The translations under genes were made by a program, and so were the position numbers. A DNA stretch of 64,000 bases from an uncultured Planctomycetia bacterium (GTDB taxonomy: Bacteria > Omnitrophota > Gorgyraeia > 2-02-FULL-51-18). The stretch covers positions 137,632 through 201,631 of the forward strand of contig CAYSKO010000002.1 of the NCBI GenBank assembly GCA_964431835.1. The letters run 5' to 3'. The notes beneath the pieces were generated by a model that saw nothing but the letters and a program-made list of their open reading frames with translations, was not told the DNA's origin and did not search any database. Below are positions 1 to 9,325 of this stretch, one piece after another. The stretch's first letter is position 1; each line of letters begins with the position of its first letter.

Positions 1-665
1 TCGAAGTAGTCCTCGTAACCCGTCACCGGATCGCCGACGAGGACGAGGCGCTCGCCCGAAAGACCTTTCACCGCGCGGATCAAGTTGAGCTGGTTCTTAC
101 GTGGCTCGATACGCCCGACGCTGAGTAGGAAACCCTTCTCGCCGGAATACCCCTCGAAGAGCACCGGGTCCGCGCCTTCGTCGAAATCCGGATCGACCCC
201 ATTGGGAACGACGCGGATCTTCGCCGGCGAAATCGCGAATAGCTGCGCGATCTGGTCCTTTTCGGCTGCGGAGTTCGGAAAAAGCCGGTCGGAGAGATCG
301 AGGAGCGAGCGGCGGGCGGACGGGAAATACGGGAACGCGACCTTCATCGCGTGCCGCAGGACGAGATCGGCTTTTTCGCGTGTCCCGCCGTCGGTGTGGA
401 GCGCCCGGCGCCAGTCGGACCAGAGCACCGTGCTCGTAACGACCTTCACGCCGCGCGACTTCGCGGTCCGCGCGAGACCGAGACAGTCACCGACGGAACT
501 GAACACGTGAAGGACGTCGTAATCCTCGACGCGGCTTTTCCACGGGTCGAAGAGATCGACGCGCTTCCCCGCTTTCTCAAGATACTCCCGGGTCTTTCGG
601 AGCTGGATCTCGCCGCCGCCGACGTTTTGGAACGCCGACGGGTACGTGAAGAAAGCGATCCTCAC
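1..665 (-). CDS. Glycosyltransferase family 4 (GT4), partial; N-terminal 221 codons, C-terminus lies beyond the window start
   Basis: Minus-strand translation gives (M)RIAFFTYPSAFQNVGGGEIQ ... EGYSGEKGFLLSVGRIEPRKNQLNLIRAVKGL. The GRIEPRKN/FLLSVGR block is typical of the GT4 C-domain. GTG start overlaps the epimerase stop (GTGA). Confidence 0.7.
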   Translation of the reverse strand, partial: MRIAFFTYPSAFQNVGGGEIQLRKTREYLEKAGKRVDLFDPWKSRVEDYDVLHVFSSVGDCLGLARTAKSRGVKVVTSTVLWSDWRRALHTDGGTREKADLVLRHAMKVAFPYFPSARRSLLDLSDRLFPNSAAEKDQIAQLFAISPAKIRVVPNGVDPDFDEGADPVLFEGYSGEKGFLLSVGRIEPRKNQLNLIRAVKGLSGERLVLVGDPVTGYEDYF

Positions 666-1747
666 GCGCGGCCCCTTTCCGAGACGCGGACGATGCGTTC
701 GGCTGCCCGGCCGTCACCGAACGGGTTCTTCCAGCGGCGAGGCGCGCGGACCATGCGCGCCGCCGCTTTCACGATCGCGCCGGCTTCGTGGCCGGCGATC
801 GCGTTCCCGCCGGCCGCGACCGTCTCCGGCCGTTCAGTGGTGGTGCGGAGCGTCACGCACGGCACGCGGAGGATGCACGCTTCTTCCTGCACACCTCCAG
901 AATCGGTGAGGATGAGCTTCGCGCCCTCTTCGAGCGCGAGGAAATCGAGGAAACCGACGGGCTTCATGATCTCGACGCGGTCCGGGACGCTCACGCCGAA
1001 CGCTTCCATGCGCGCGACCGTGCGTGGGTGGACCGAGAAAAGGATCTTCACGCGGTGATCCCTTGCGACGCGGCCGACGCCTTCGAGGATGGACGCGAGC
1101 CGGTCTTTCCGGTCGACGTTCTCCTGCCGGTGCAGAGTCATGAGGAAGTACGGGTCCGAAGGACGGTTCGGGCGCGCTTTCCTCCGAGAGAGCTTGATGT
1201 TCTGATAGACCGCGTCCACGATCGTGTTCCCGGTCACGTGCACGCGCGTGGCCGGAATCCCTTCGCCCAGAAGCGTCTTGCGGCAAGCGGCGGTGGGCGC
1301 GAAGAGGTGGTCGGAAAGATGGTCCGTCACGATGCGGTTCAGCTCCTCAGGCATCTCGCGGTCGTAGCTCCGCAAGCCCGCTTCGATGTGCCCTAGGCGC
1401 ATGCCGTTTATCTTGGACGCGGCGAGTGCGGCGGCCAAGACGCTGTTCGTGTCGCCTTGGACGAGGACGACCGAGGGCTTCTCCTCGAGAAGGACCTTTT
1501 CCACCGCTTCCAGCATACGGGCGGTCGCTTCGCCGTGGCGGCCGGTCTTCGAACGCAGTTTAAGCGCGAAACGTGGGCGCGGGAGCTCGAGGTCGCGGAA
1601 GAAGATACGGTCCATCTCGAACGAGTAGTGCTGGCCCGTGTGGACGAGGAAATAGGGTTTTTTCCGCGCGTGGAGCAGGCGGATGACGGGGGCGAGCTTG
1701 ATGATTTCTGGACGCGTTCCGAAGACGACGGCGATCGGGGATTTCAT
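662..1747 (-). CDS. UDP-N-acetylglucosamine 2-epimerase (WecB/MnaA family), paralog 1
   Basis: MKSPIAVVFGTRPEIIKLAPV...HTGQHYSFEMD...DTNSVLAAALAA...HIEAGLRS. Start taken at the internal ATG (residue 37 of ORF 662..1855), which has a TATAAT box 6-7 nt upstream. Confidence 0.85.
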   Translation of the reverse strand: MKSPIAVVFGTRPEIIKLAPVIRLLHARKKPYFLVHTGQHYSFEMDRIFFRDLELPRPRFALKLRSKTGRHGEATARMLEAVEKVLLEEKPSVVLVQGDTNSVLAAALAASKINGMRLGHIEAGLRSYDREMPEELNRIVTDHLSDHLFAPTAACRKTLLGEGIPATRVHVTGNTIVDAVYQNIKLSRRKARPNRPSDPYFLMTLHRQENVDRKDRLASILEGVGRVARDHRVKILFSVHPRTVARMEAFGVSVPDRVEIMKPVGFLDFLALEEGAKLILTDSGGVQEEACILRVPCVTLRTTTERPETVAAGGNAIAGHEAGAIVKAAARMVRAPRRWKNPFGDGRAAERIVRVSERGRA

Positions 1748-1749
1748 CC

Positions 1750-1765
1750 GGCGATTATAGCGTAT
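1750..1765 (-). promoter_or_regulatory. Putative -10 box (TATAAT) 6-7 nt upstream of the wecB-like ATG, located inside the 3' end of the upstream GT2 gene; implies a leaderless or near-leaderless transcript
   Basis: Minus-sense CGCATACGCTATAATCGCCGG-ATG. Confidence 0.4.
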
Positions 1766-2537
1766 GCGCGTCGGTTTTCGTACTCTTTCGGGAGCGGTCT
1801 TCCTCTTCCCACCGAACGGCCGCCGAGACGAAGTCGTAATAAGCGCTGAAGACACAGAGAAAGAAGCCTTCCACGCCGTCCAGGAGCCCTTTCTTCAGGA
1901 AAGCTATCTGAAAGAACCTGAGGAGCGGCTTCTTGCGAAGGTCGGACTCGCGGAACACGTCTCCGCGATCGCGGCGCGTCTTCGATTCAAGCCGGGTGTA
2001 GGCGATGAGCTTCCGCATATAGGCCGAGACGTCCGGCGTCGAGTGGTGAAGGAGCGGCGACCGCAGGTCGCCGACGCTTCCCGAGACAACGAGCCGCTCG
2101 TGCACCGCTCCCTCGAAGCGGGCCTTCCCCTTGCGAACGAGCCGCACCGGACGGTCCGCGGCGTTCGCTCCGTTCTTCATCCAACGACCGAAGATCCGGT
2201 TCTTCCGCGGGAAACGGAAAGCGTCCCGGCGGCCGAACGAGATTTCGCGGACGATCTCGCGCGCGAGCTCGGGCGTCGGCCGCTCGTCCGCGTCCACGAA
2301 GAAAAGCCAATCACCGGTCGCGGTTTCCATCGCGTGGTTTTTCTGTGAAGCGAAGTCATCGAACGGCCGCTCGGTCACGCGGACGCCGCGCTCGCGCGCG
2401 ATCCGGATAGTGGCGTCCCGGCTGCCGCCGTCCACGAGCACGATCTCGTCGCAGAAGCGCAGCGAATCGAGGCATTCGGGGAGGTTCGCCTCCTCGTTCA
2501 GAGCGATCAGGACAGCGGAAATACGCGGGGCGCTCAT
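1755..2537 (-). CDS. Family 2 glycosyltransferase (LPS-core WaaE/KdtX-like)
   Basis: MSAPRISAVLIALNEEANLPECLDSL...VDGGSRD...DAD motif. Start at the internal ATG of ORF 1755..2855. The upstream R/P-rich extension is not credible. Confidence 0.75.
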   Translation of the reverse strand: MSAPRISAVLIALNEEANLPECLDSLRFCDEIVLVDGGSRDATIRIARERGVRVTERPFDDFASQKNHAMETATGDWLFFVDADERPTPELAREIVREISFGRRDAFRFPRKNRIFGRWMKNGANAADRPVRLVRKGKARFEGAVHERLVVSGSVGDLRSPLLHHSTPDVSAYMRKLIAYTRLESKTRRDRGDVFRESDLRKKPLLRFFQIAFLKKGLLDGVEGFFLCVFSAYYDFVSAAVRWEEEDRSRKSTKTDAHTL

Positions 2538-3472
2538 ACGCGCTCCAAAATCTCGTGGTCCGTCACGCTTGAGCCGCGCTCGGCGCGACCGCGGCGGCGG
2601 CGCAAGGCTTCCCCGGCGCGCGGAACGGCCTGAAGGAAACCCAGAAAAAGCTCGGACTTGAGGGAAACGAGCGAATGGACGAGTCGCAGCGGCAGCCAGA
2701 AGAAGGATTTCACGAGTGTTCCGGCCGAGAGGTTCTTCCACATGAAGAGAAACGTGTTCCGCGCGTTGATGACGAGGGTCTTTTTCACGCCGAAGCGGCG
2801 GTTGAAGCTCGTGCCGCCCTCGTGATAGACGACGCTCGCCGGACGATAGAGGCACTTCCAGCCGCGTTTTTGCGCGCGGAAACAGATGTCGGCGTCCTCG
2901 AGGCGTCCAGGGAGGTAAAGGTCGTCGTAGCCGCCGAGCGCGAGGAACTTTTCGCGGTCGAACGCGCCGAAGCCGCCGTGCGCGGTGAAGCCGGGTACGC
3001 CGATCCCCGCTTCGTGCCCCGGAAAGATCGAGCTCGACCAGTAGACGCCAAAACGTACGACGCCGCGCGTGCGGCTACCCTCGTACGAACGGTCTTTTTG
3101 CGAAAGGCATTTCGGCGTCACGAAGAAGACTTCCGGATCTTCGGCGATCGGATCGACGAGCGGATCGATGAAGTCGGGCTCGACCGCGATGTCGTTGTTC
3201 ATGAGGAGAAGCACGTCTTGCTCCAGTGCACGGGCCGCCTCGTTGTAGGAACAAAGCACGCGGTTCGCCGGAGATTCGTAGAGCCACACGTCCGGGAATT
3301 CGCGGCGAAGGTATTCGGCACTGCCGTCTTTGCTCACGTTGTCGACGACGCCGAGCGTCACGTCGTGCTTCGAGCGCGCGACGGCCGCGCGGAACTGCGG
3401 AAGATACTTGGCGAGAAGGTCCTTCCCGTTGTAGTTGAGGATGAGGACCGCGACCTTGAGGCGGCGGGTCAC
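2534..3472 (-). CDS. Family 2 glycosyltransferase
   Basis: KVAVLILNYNGKDLL...VVDNVSKDGS...DAD-type GT-A motifs. GTG start overlaps the methyltransferase stop (GTGA); stop overlaps the next gene's ATG (ATGA). Confidence 0.7.
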   Translation of the reverse strand: MTRRLKVAVLILNYNGKDLLAKYLPQFRAAVARSKHDVTLGVVDNVSKDGSAEYLRREFPDVWLYESPANRVLCSYNEAARALEQDVLLLMNNDIAVEPDFIDPLVDPIAEDPEVFFVTPKCLSQKDRSYEGSRTRGVVRFGVYWSSSIFPGHEAGIGVPGFTAHGGFGAFDREKFLALGGYDDLYLPGRLEDADICFRAQKRGWKCLYRPASVVYHEGGTSFNRRFGVKKTLVINARNTFLFMWKNLSAGTLVKSFFWLPLRLVHSLVSLKSELFLGFLQAVPRAGEALRRRRGRAERGSSVTDHEILERV

Positions 3473-4266
3473 GGCTTCCTGTAGCAGACGTACGTCATCT
3501 GCGCGGCGGTCGCCCACCGGAGATTCTTCACGCACCACGCTCCGGCGCGAAGGCCGAGCGAGTTGGCTTCGTCGTAGCTTCCTTTGTCGCGGAACACCGA
3601 GGGCAGGAACGAGACGAGCGCGTGCGAATGGTCGAGCGCGTGCAGCTCGCGGACCTCGAAGCCTTCCTTCTCGAAGATCGCGGCGAGCTTGCGGCGGTCG
3701 AAATACTGCTCCCAGTAATGGTTGTCCTCGCCCTTCCCCATTAGTTTGCGCAGGAATTTGCGGCTTTTGAGCCAGCGCGAAGGCGCGGTCAGCGCCATGA
3801 AGACGTTAAAGACCGGCACCGCGACGAGGAAGACGCCGCCGGGTTTCAGCACGCGACGCGCTTCGCGGATCGCTTTCTCCGGGCCTTCCACGAAATGCTC
3901 GATCACGCCGAGCGAGACGTACGCCCCGAAATGCGCGTCCGGGAACGGGATCGCGGTCACGTCTCCCACGCGCACGGGAAGCGTCGGGTCGTACGCGAGG
4001 ATCTTCTTGATCGGACCTTCGTTGTAGTCGATGCCGACGACGTCGTAACCGAGGCTGCGGAGATGGATCAAGTACGGCGCGAGGCCGCAACCGCCCTCGA
4101 GGATCCGGTCGTTCTTGGGAAGCACGCGAAAGAAGATCTCGAGCTGTTTCTGTACGCGGCCGTACTTGAAGATCTCGAGGATCTGTGGGATCGTGATGTC
4201 GTCCCAATTCCTCTCCCAAGCCTGTTTCGTCTTCTGGTCCGTATCGTTCATGTTTAAGGAGGTCAT
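3469..4266 (-). CDS. Class I SAM-dependent methyltransferase
   Basis: ILEGGCGLAPYL...DVVGIDYNE (SAM-binding motif I). ATG preceded by AAGGAA Shine-Dalgarno. Confidence 0.75.
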   Translation of the reverse strand: MTSLNMNDTDQKTKQAWERNWDDITIPQILEIFKYGRVQKQLEIFFRVLPKNDRILEGGCGLAPYLIHLRSLGYDVVGIDYNEGPIKKILAYDPTLPVRVGDVTAIPFPDAHFGAYVSLGVIEHFVEGPEKAIREARRVLKPGGVFLVAVPVFNVFMALTAPSRWLKSRKFLRKLMGKGEDNHYWEQYFDRRKLAAIFEKEGFEVRELHALDHSHALVSFLPSVFRDKGSYDEANSLGLRAGAWCVKNLRWATAAQMTYVCYRKP

Positions 4267-4275
4267 GATTTCCTT

Positions 4276-6190
4276 TTAAAGAATTCGATATAGAACATAG
4301 CGCACATCCCCTGAGTTGACAATCAATTCCTCCCTGAAAAACTCGACGGCGATTTTTGGGTCCCTCAAAACCCGGAGTAGGCGCATCGGTGGCTCCTTTG
4401 ACACGTCTGCCGGCTCGAGATTGGATGACAGAACGTGCGTAAAACCCTTCGCGCGAAGGTACGCCGCGAGATCCCGGGGCGAGGCCACGAGGGCTCCGTA
4501 GTGCGTGAAATCGTAAAAATCCCCTTCGAGCGTAAATGGCGCGTCAAAATGGAAACCGCGGACCTCCCCTGTCGAAAGCAGTGTTTCTCCAGGCCGTAGA
4601 TGCCGGTTGAGCGCCCGAGAAGCGGCGTAGCTTCGGTCGTTCTTCGCAAGATAGGCGGAGCGGCTGCCGCCAAAAAGAAGAGAAGCCTCGTCCTGGAGGT
4701 GGTAGGGCGCGAACGCTGCCGAAACGGCGAATACGGCGGAAACGACCGCAGTACCGGCGCGAGGAAAGCTGTCGGCGATCCGCGCGACTGCATGGCCCGC
4801 GGGAACGGCGAAAAGGAGGAGCGCTGGAAAGAAAAAGCGGACGTTCGGATCGATCGCGAGCCAGATCGCCGCGTAAACCGCCCCGGTCCCGAGGCAGAAT
4901 TTGACGTGAGCCGGAAGCGGCCTCAGGACGAAAAGGGCCGGAAGGAACGCGAGATAGAGCGGGCCCACCTGCTCGCCGCCAAACCACGCTGGATGCACGG
5001 TGACGTCCCACAGAAGAAAGAGGACTCCCAGGATACCGCCACGGCCGTGGGAATCGACGTACGTCGGATCGTACCAGCCATTCCCTCCGAAGAACTGCGA
5101 GTAAAACGGAAAGAAAGGATTACCCCGAAGAATCCACGCGCGCGCGTACCAAACGCCTCCGGCCACCGCGAACGCGGCGAAGAACGCGACCGCGCCCCGC
5201 ACGACCTCCCGGCGGTCCGTGTTCGAACGCAAAAGCTCCCGCACCAGAACCGCGAGAGCGATCGGACCGAGAAAAAGCCCGATCAGCTTCGTCGACGCAG
5301 CGAGCCCCGCAAAAACGCCGGCCACCACGGCCCAGCGCCGGTCCTTTTCCGTCGCGTAGACGTAAAGCGCGTAGAGAGAAAGGAACGAAAAGCACGCCAG
5401 ACCGTTATCCACGTACGCAAAGGCGGCCTGCACGTAGGTTCCCGGCACGAGAAGGTACGCGGCGGCGGCCGGAAGCGCCGCGCGGCCGGCCCCGCCTCGC
5501 CGCGCGAACGCGTACGCGGCGAGGCCGCAAAAAAGGTACGCCGAGACATGAAAAAGCTTCGCGAGCGCCGGACCTTCGAGAACGAGACCGAGCGTGAAGA
5601 GCATGTGCATAAGGTACGGCCATAGCGAATTCGTGGAATACGGGACCTCGTAGATCCTGCCCTCCCGCACGTAATTCTTCGGCTGCATAAGATGGTAGCA
5701 AAGCTCGTCCTGCCCGACCGGCGGGGCGAGCGCACCGGCGACCGCAAAGAAAACGGCTACAGCGCAAGCGATCAGAAGAAAGAGCCGGAAACCCGAAACC
5801 GCGCGGAGCGAAGTTCCTGCGCGCGCGGAAATCGTCGACGCAAGCGCGGCGAAGTTGCGAGCTGAAAAAGCAAAAAGGACGACCGCCATGAGTGCAAGCG
5901 TTTCGCGGCGGAGGAACCCCGCGGAACCGGCGGCGAACGTCCCGTACGCGAGGAGCCCGAGTCCCGCGGCGGCGGAGAATGCGAGCTTTTCGATCTCGTC
6001 GCGGAACCGCACGCCCGCGCGGTCAAAGAGCCACGCGGCGGCGCCGGTCGATCCGATCGTGAGGAGCGCCCAGAAACCGAGACTAACCACCGAGCGCTCC
6101 CCTATAGGCCGCCCATTTGGGAAATGCGAAAAAAAAGAGGTACGCCGCCAGCGCAAGGAGAGGCCAGAGGACTAGGAAGACTTTTTTCAT
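4276..6190 (-). CDS. GT-C membrane glycosyltransferase (PMT_2/ArnT-like, GT39/GT83 type), interrupted by a frameshift at an A8/T8 homopolymer (about 6127-6134). The in-frame part is 4276..6156; a 35-codon N-terminal piece is 6083..6190.
   Basis: Multi-TM N-terminus plus a C-terminal soluble domain. MKKVFLVLWPLLALAAYLFFF starts with ATG overlapping the upstream stop (ATGA), then falls out of frame. Deleting one T restores ...YLFFSHFPNGRPIGERSVVSLGFW... Confidence 0.6.
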
Positions 6191-8079
6191 CCGGCCTCCT
6201 TTCCGATTGCTTCGGCGACGCGGGCGCCGGAGCGGCCGTCGAGCGGGCCCACCCACTCCCGCTCGAGCCTTTTTCCGACGCGAGAAACGAGTTCCAGGAA
6301 AGAAGGTTCCCCCGAAAGCGCGCGGTCGACGAGAGTTTTCAAGGAAGCGGCGTCGCGGGCGCAGAGCGCGGATCCTTCTTCCACGAAAACGGGCACCCGG
6401 GTCCGCGAGAGAGGAAAGTAATCCAGCGCGATCGAAGGTTTCCCGAGAACCAGCGATTCGATTAGCGCGTTCGAGTGGAACGAAAGCGTCAGATCGGCGG
6501 CCGCCAGGAGATCCCCCGCAGGAACGTCCGCGGGTGCGATTCTCACGCCCTCGATTCCGGACGCGCGCACCGCGTCCTCGGTCCATTCCGGCTCGAGGTC
6601 GAGCGGGTGCCGCTTCACGACGAGTGTGCAGTCGGAGCGGCCCCCGAGTACCGTCAGCGTGTCGACGAGCGCGCGCCGCTGTGAAAAACGGTTCCGGCGC
6701 GTCTCGATGGCGGGAAAGAGCGTCGTTCCCCAAAAAACGATAAGCTTCCGGTTTCCGGCCGTGCCGAAGCGGCGGCGGAGGGCCGTGGGATCCTGCGTCG
6801 CGCGGATGCGGTCGTAACGCGGGATTCCCGTCAAGTGAACGCGCGCGCGGGAGCCGTTGGCGTTGTAATAGGCGCGTATCCCTTCGCCGCCCAGCGCGAC
6901 CGCCTCCGACGAAACGGGAAAAAGATCGTACTGAAAATCGGAAAAATTGACGCCGTGAGGAATTTGAACGGTTTTCGTCCCGAGGCGGCGCGCCTCGCCG
7001 ACCAACGTCTTCCGGAAGGTCACCGTGTCCTCGTCGACGACGACCGCGGCGAAGCGCTTTCCGGCGAGGAACGATTCGAAGGCCTCCACCCGCTCGGCCG
7101 TTTCCGGAAGCCAACGGTCGAAGAAAAAACGAAGGCGGGGTTCGAAGAGCCGGGACAGATCGCCTTCAGGCGAGCGAAAAGCCCCCGATTCGACCGTTCG
7201 CCGCAGCGCTTCTTCCGTTCCAGGAAAATTCCTCCGGAACGCTTCGAGCCGTTCGCGGCCTTCGGCGCCGATCCGGCTTCGCAGCTCGGGATACGAATAA
7301 TAAGGGACGCCGGCTTTCGCGAGGAATGGCAGCTTCGCCCAGCGGAAATCTTCGTCCAGATAGGCCGCGCCGCGGTCCAGGTGTGCGATCACGGCTTCGA
7401 CGTGCTTCGGAGCCGAGACGAAAAGCACGTCCGCCCGGCAGCGCACTTGGAACGGGCGGACGAGGAAACGGTAAGCGCCGAAAAGAGGCGCTCGCAGCGC
7501 AGATTTCCAACTCGACAGGGGCTTTTCGGTGGAAGCGGCGGGCGCACCGCCTTGGAGGCGGCCCGTCCGCGCGCCGAGGAAGCGGAAGACGTCCTCGCAA
7601 AGGGGTTCTCCCGGCGCGGGAAAAAAACCCTTCACCTGCGGGCGCGGCGTTTCGAAGAAAAGGATTTCGGCGGGACTTTCGGCCTCCTGAAACGCCCGCG
7701 CGCAAACGAGCGTCGTGAGGATCCAGGTCAGGTGAAGCCCGGTGTAGAGTTCGGCGAGTTCCCCCACGTTCCGGCCTCGGTATTCGACGAGCGGACGAAC
7801 CGCAGGGTGCGCGTGCCAGGAACGCGCCAGACGCCACGCTTCGGTTTCCACGCGCGCGGCGGCGGCTTCGTCGAAAGATTCTCGCAGCCAGCGGCAGGAT
7901 ACGCCCCCGCGGCGGAGCGCTTCCGCGGTCCGCTCATCCGACGATACCCAGACGAGCGCAGGGTCATCGGTGGCGGCCCGCCGGGCGGCCTCCGCGTCCT
8001 CTATGCGTTCAACGACGGCCGCTTTTTTCAAACTCTTCCCGGATGGCAGACGCCGAAGCGAAGGTCTTTTCGAACGCAC
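6187..8079 (-). CDS. Putative glycerophosphotransferase/capsule-polysaccharide biosynthesis protein (TagB/TagF-like C-terminal domain). Start uncertain: GTG 8079, or TTG about 8026.
   Basis: C-terminal region with LVVKRHPLD (K-x-HP motif of the CDP-glycerol glycerophosphotransferase family). The ORF overlaps the upstream aminotransferase by 70 nt if started at 8079. Confidence 0.45.
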   Translation of the reverse strand: MRSKRPSLRRLPSGKSLKKAAVVERIEDAEAARRAATDDPALVWVSSDERTAEALRRGGVSCRWLRESFDEAAAARVETEAWRLARSWHAHPAVRPLVEYRGRNVGELAELYTGLHLTWILTTLVCARAFQEAESPAEILFFETPRPQVKGFFPAPGEPLCEDVFRFLGARTGRLQGGAPAASTEKPLSSWKSALRAPLFGAYRFLVRPFQVRCRADVLFVSAPKHVEAVIAHLDRGAAYLDEDFRWAKLPFLAKAGVPYYSYPELRSRIGAEGRERLEAFRRNFPGTEEALRRTVESGAFRSPEGDLSRLFEPRLRFFFDRWLPETAERVEAFESFLAGKRFAAVVVDEDTVTFRKTLVGEARRLGTKTVQIPHGVNFSDFQYDLFPVSSEAVALGGEGIRAYYNANGSRARVHLTGIPRYDRIRATQDPTALRRRFGTAGNRKLIVFWGTTLFPAIETRRNRFSQRRALVDTLTVLGGRSDCTLVVKRHPLDLEPEWTEDAVRASGIEGVRIAPADVPAGDLLAAADLTLSFHSNALIESLVLGKPSIALDYFPLSRTRVPVFVEEGSALCARDAASLKTLVDRALSGEPSFLELVSRVGKRLEREWVGPLDGRSGARVAEAIGKEAG

Positions 8080-9325
8080 GCGCGACGTCGTCCATGTCCC
8101 TGGTCGTAAGCGGGTGGCGGCAGAGTCCGGTCATGAAAAGCTCCTTATCGTGGAGCCTCTCGGTGACCGGACAGCTCCCCTTTTCGTAATTGCGGAGGTT
8201 GGGGCCGGTCTGGAGGTCGAACGGAAACCGAGAGTTCGCGAAAATGCGCCGGTTGCGGTACATAGGCTCGAGGTAGATTGGCCTCACGTAACCCGCGCCC
8301 ACCGGAATCCCCTCAGCCGCGAGCGCCTTGACGAAAAAATCGCGCGAAAGCCCGGCTTTCACCTCGTCATAACGGACGGGGTACGTGAAATACACGTGCG
8401 TGGTTCCTTTTCGGGGCTTCGGGAGGGTCAGCGCCGGAAAGACGGAGAGTTTGTGCGTGAGGTAATCGGCCAGCTGCACGCGGTGTGTCGTGAGCCGGTC
8501 CAATTTGCGGAACTGCGCGCACCCGACCGCCGCTTCGAGCTCGGTCATGCGATAGTTCCAGCCGAGGCAAGGCACGTCCTTGGCGGCTTCCATGTGATCG
8601 GCGACGACTTCGCCGTGGTTACGGACGAGCTGCATCTTGAGCGCCAGGCGCGCGTCGTTTGTGACGGCGACACCGCCCTCGCCGGTGGTGATCGTCTTGT
8701 GCTGGTTGAAGCTGAAGACGCCGACGTCGCCGAGCGTGCCGACCGGCCTCCCCTTATAGAGGGCGCCCGGCGCCTGCGCGCAGTCCTCGACCACTTTCAG
8801 CTTCTGGCGCTTGGCGAGCGCGAGGATCGGGTCCATGTCGGCGGGGCCGCCGAAAAGATGCACGACGAGGATCGCTTTTGTTCGCGGCGTGATACGCTCC
8901 TCGATCTTTCGGGAGTCGAGACAGCAGAATAACTCTTCGATGTCCGAGAACACCGGGATGCCCCCGCACATCACGATCGCCGAGGCGCTCGCGCTCATCG
9001 TATAGGGAGGCACGATCACTTCGTCGCCGGGCTCAACGCCCACGGCGAAAAGAGCCGCGTGGAGCGCGGAGGTGGCCGAATTCATCGCGACCGCATGGCG
9101 CGAGCCGAAGCGTTCGTTGAAAAGGGCTTCGAGCGCCTTCACCTTCGGGCCGCCGAGAAAGGCGTCGCCGGGCTTGGCGATGAATCCCGAAAGCTGGCCC
9201 GTCTCGAGAACGGAAAGGACTTCGTTTCGCTCCTCTTTTCCGAGGACCGGGTGCGGGGGGAACGGTTTCGTCCTCGCCTTCGGGCCGCCGAGGATCGCCG
9301 GTTTTTGGTGACGGGGCATTTTCAT
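8009..9325 (-). CDS. DegT/DnrJ/EryC1/StrS family PLP-dependent aminotransferase (sugar aminotransferase)
   Basis: SATSALHAALFAVGVEPGDEVIVPPYT...FSFNQHKTITTGEGGVAVTND...NHG. ATG overlaps the upstream stop (ATGA). Confidence 0.85.
   Translation of the reverse strand: MKMPRHQKPAILGGPKARTKPFPPHPVLGKEERNEVLSVLETGQLSGFIAKPGDAFLGGPKVKALEALFNERFGSRHAVAMNSATSALHAALFAVGVEPGDEVIVPPYTMSASASAIVMCGGIPVFSDIEELFCCLDSRKIEERITPRTKAILVVHLFGGPADMDPILALAKRQKLKVVEDCAQAPGALYKGRPVGTLGDVGVFSFNQHKTITTGEGGVAVTNDARLALKMQLVRNHGEVVADHMEAAKDVPCLGWNYRMTELEAAVGCAQFRKLDRLTTHRVQLADYLTHKLSVFPALTLPKPRKGTTHVYFTYPVRYDEVKAGLSRDFFVKALAAEGIPVGAGYVRPIYLEPMYRNRRIFANSRFPFDLQTGPNLRNYEKGSCPVTERLHDKELFMTGLCRHPLTTRDMDDVARAFEKTFASASAIREEFEKSGRR

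Noticed and set aside
6083-7114. 343-aa R/G-rich ORF overlapping the TagF-like gene
   Set aside because: - Only the terminal 35 codons (MKKVFLVLW...) look real; they are interpreted as the displaced N-terminus of the GT-C gene.
- The remainder is low-complexity and out of frame with the supported gene.
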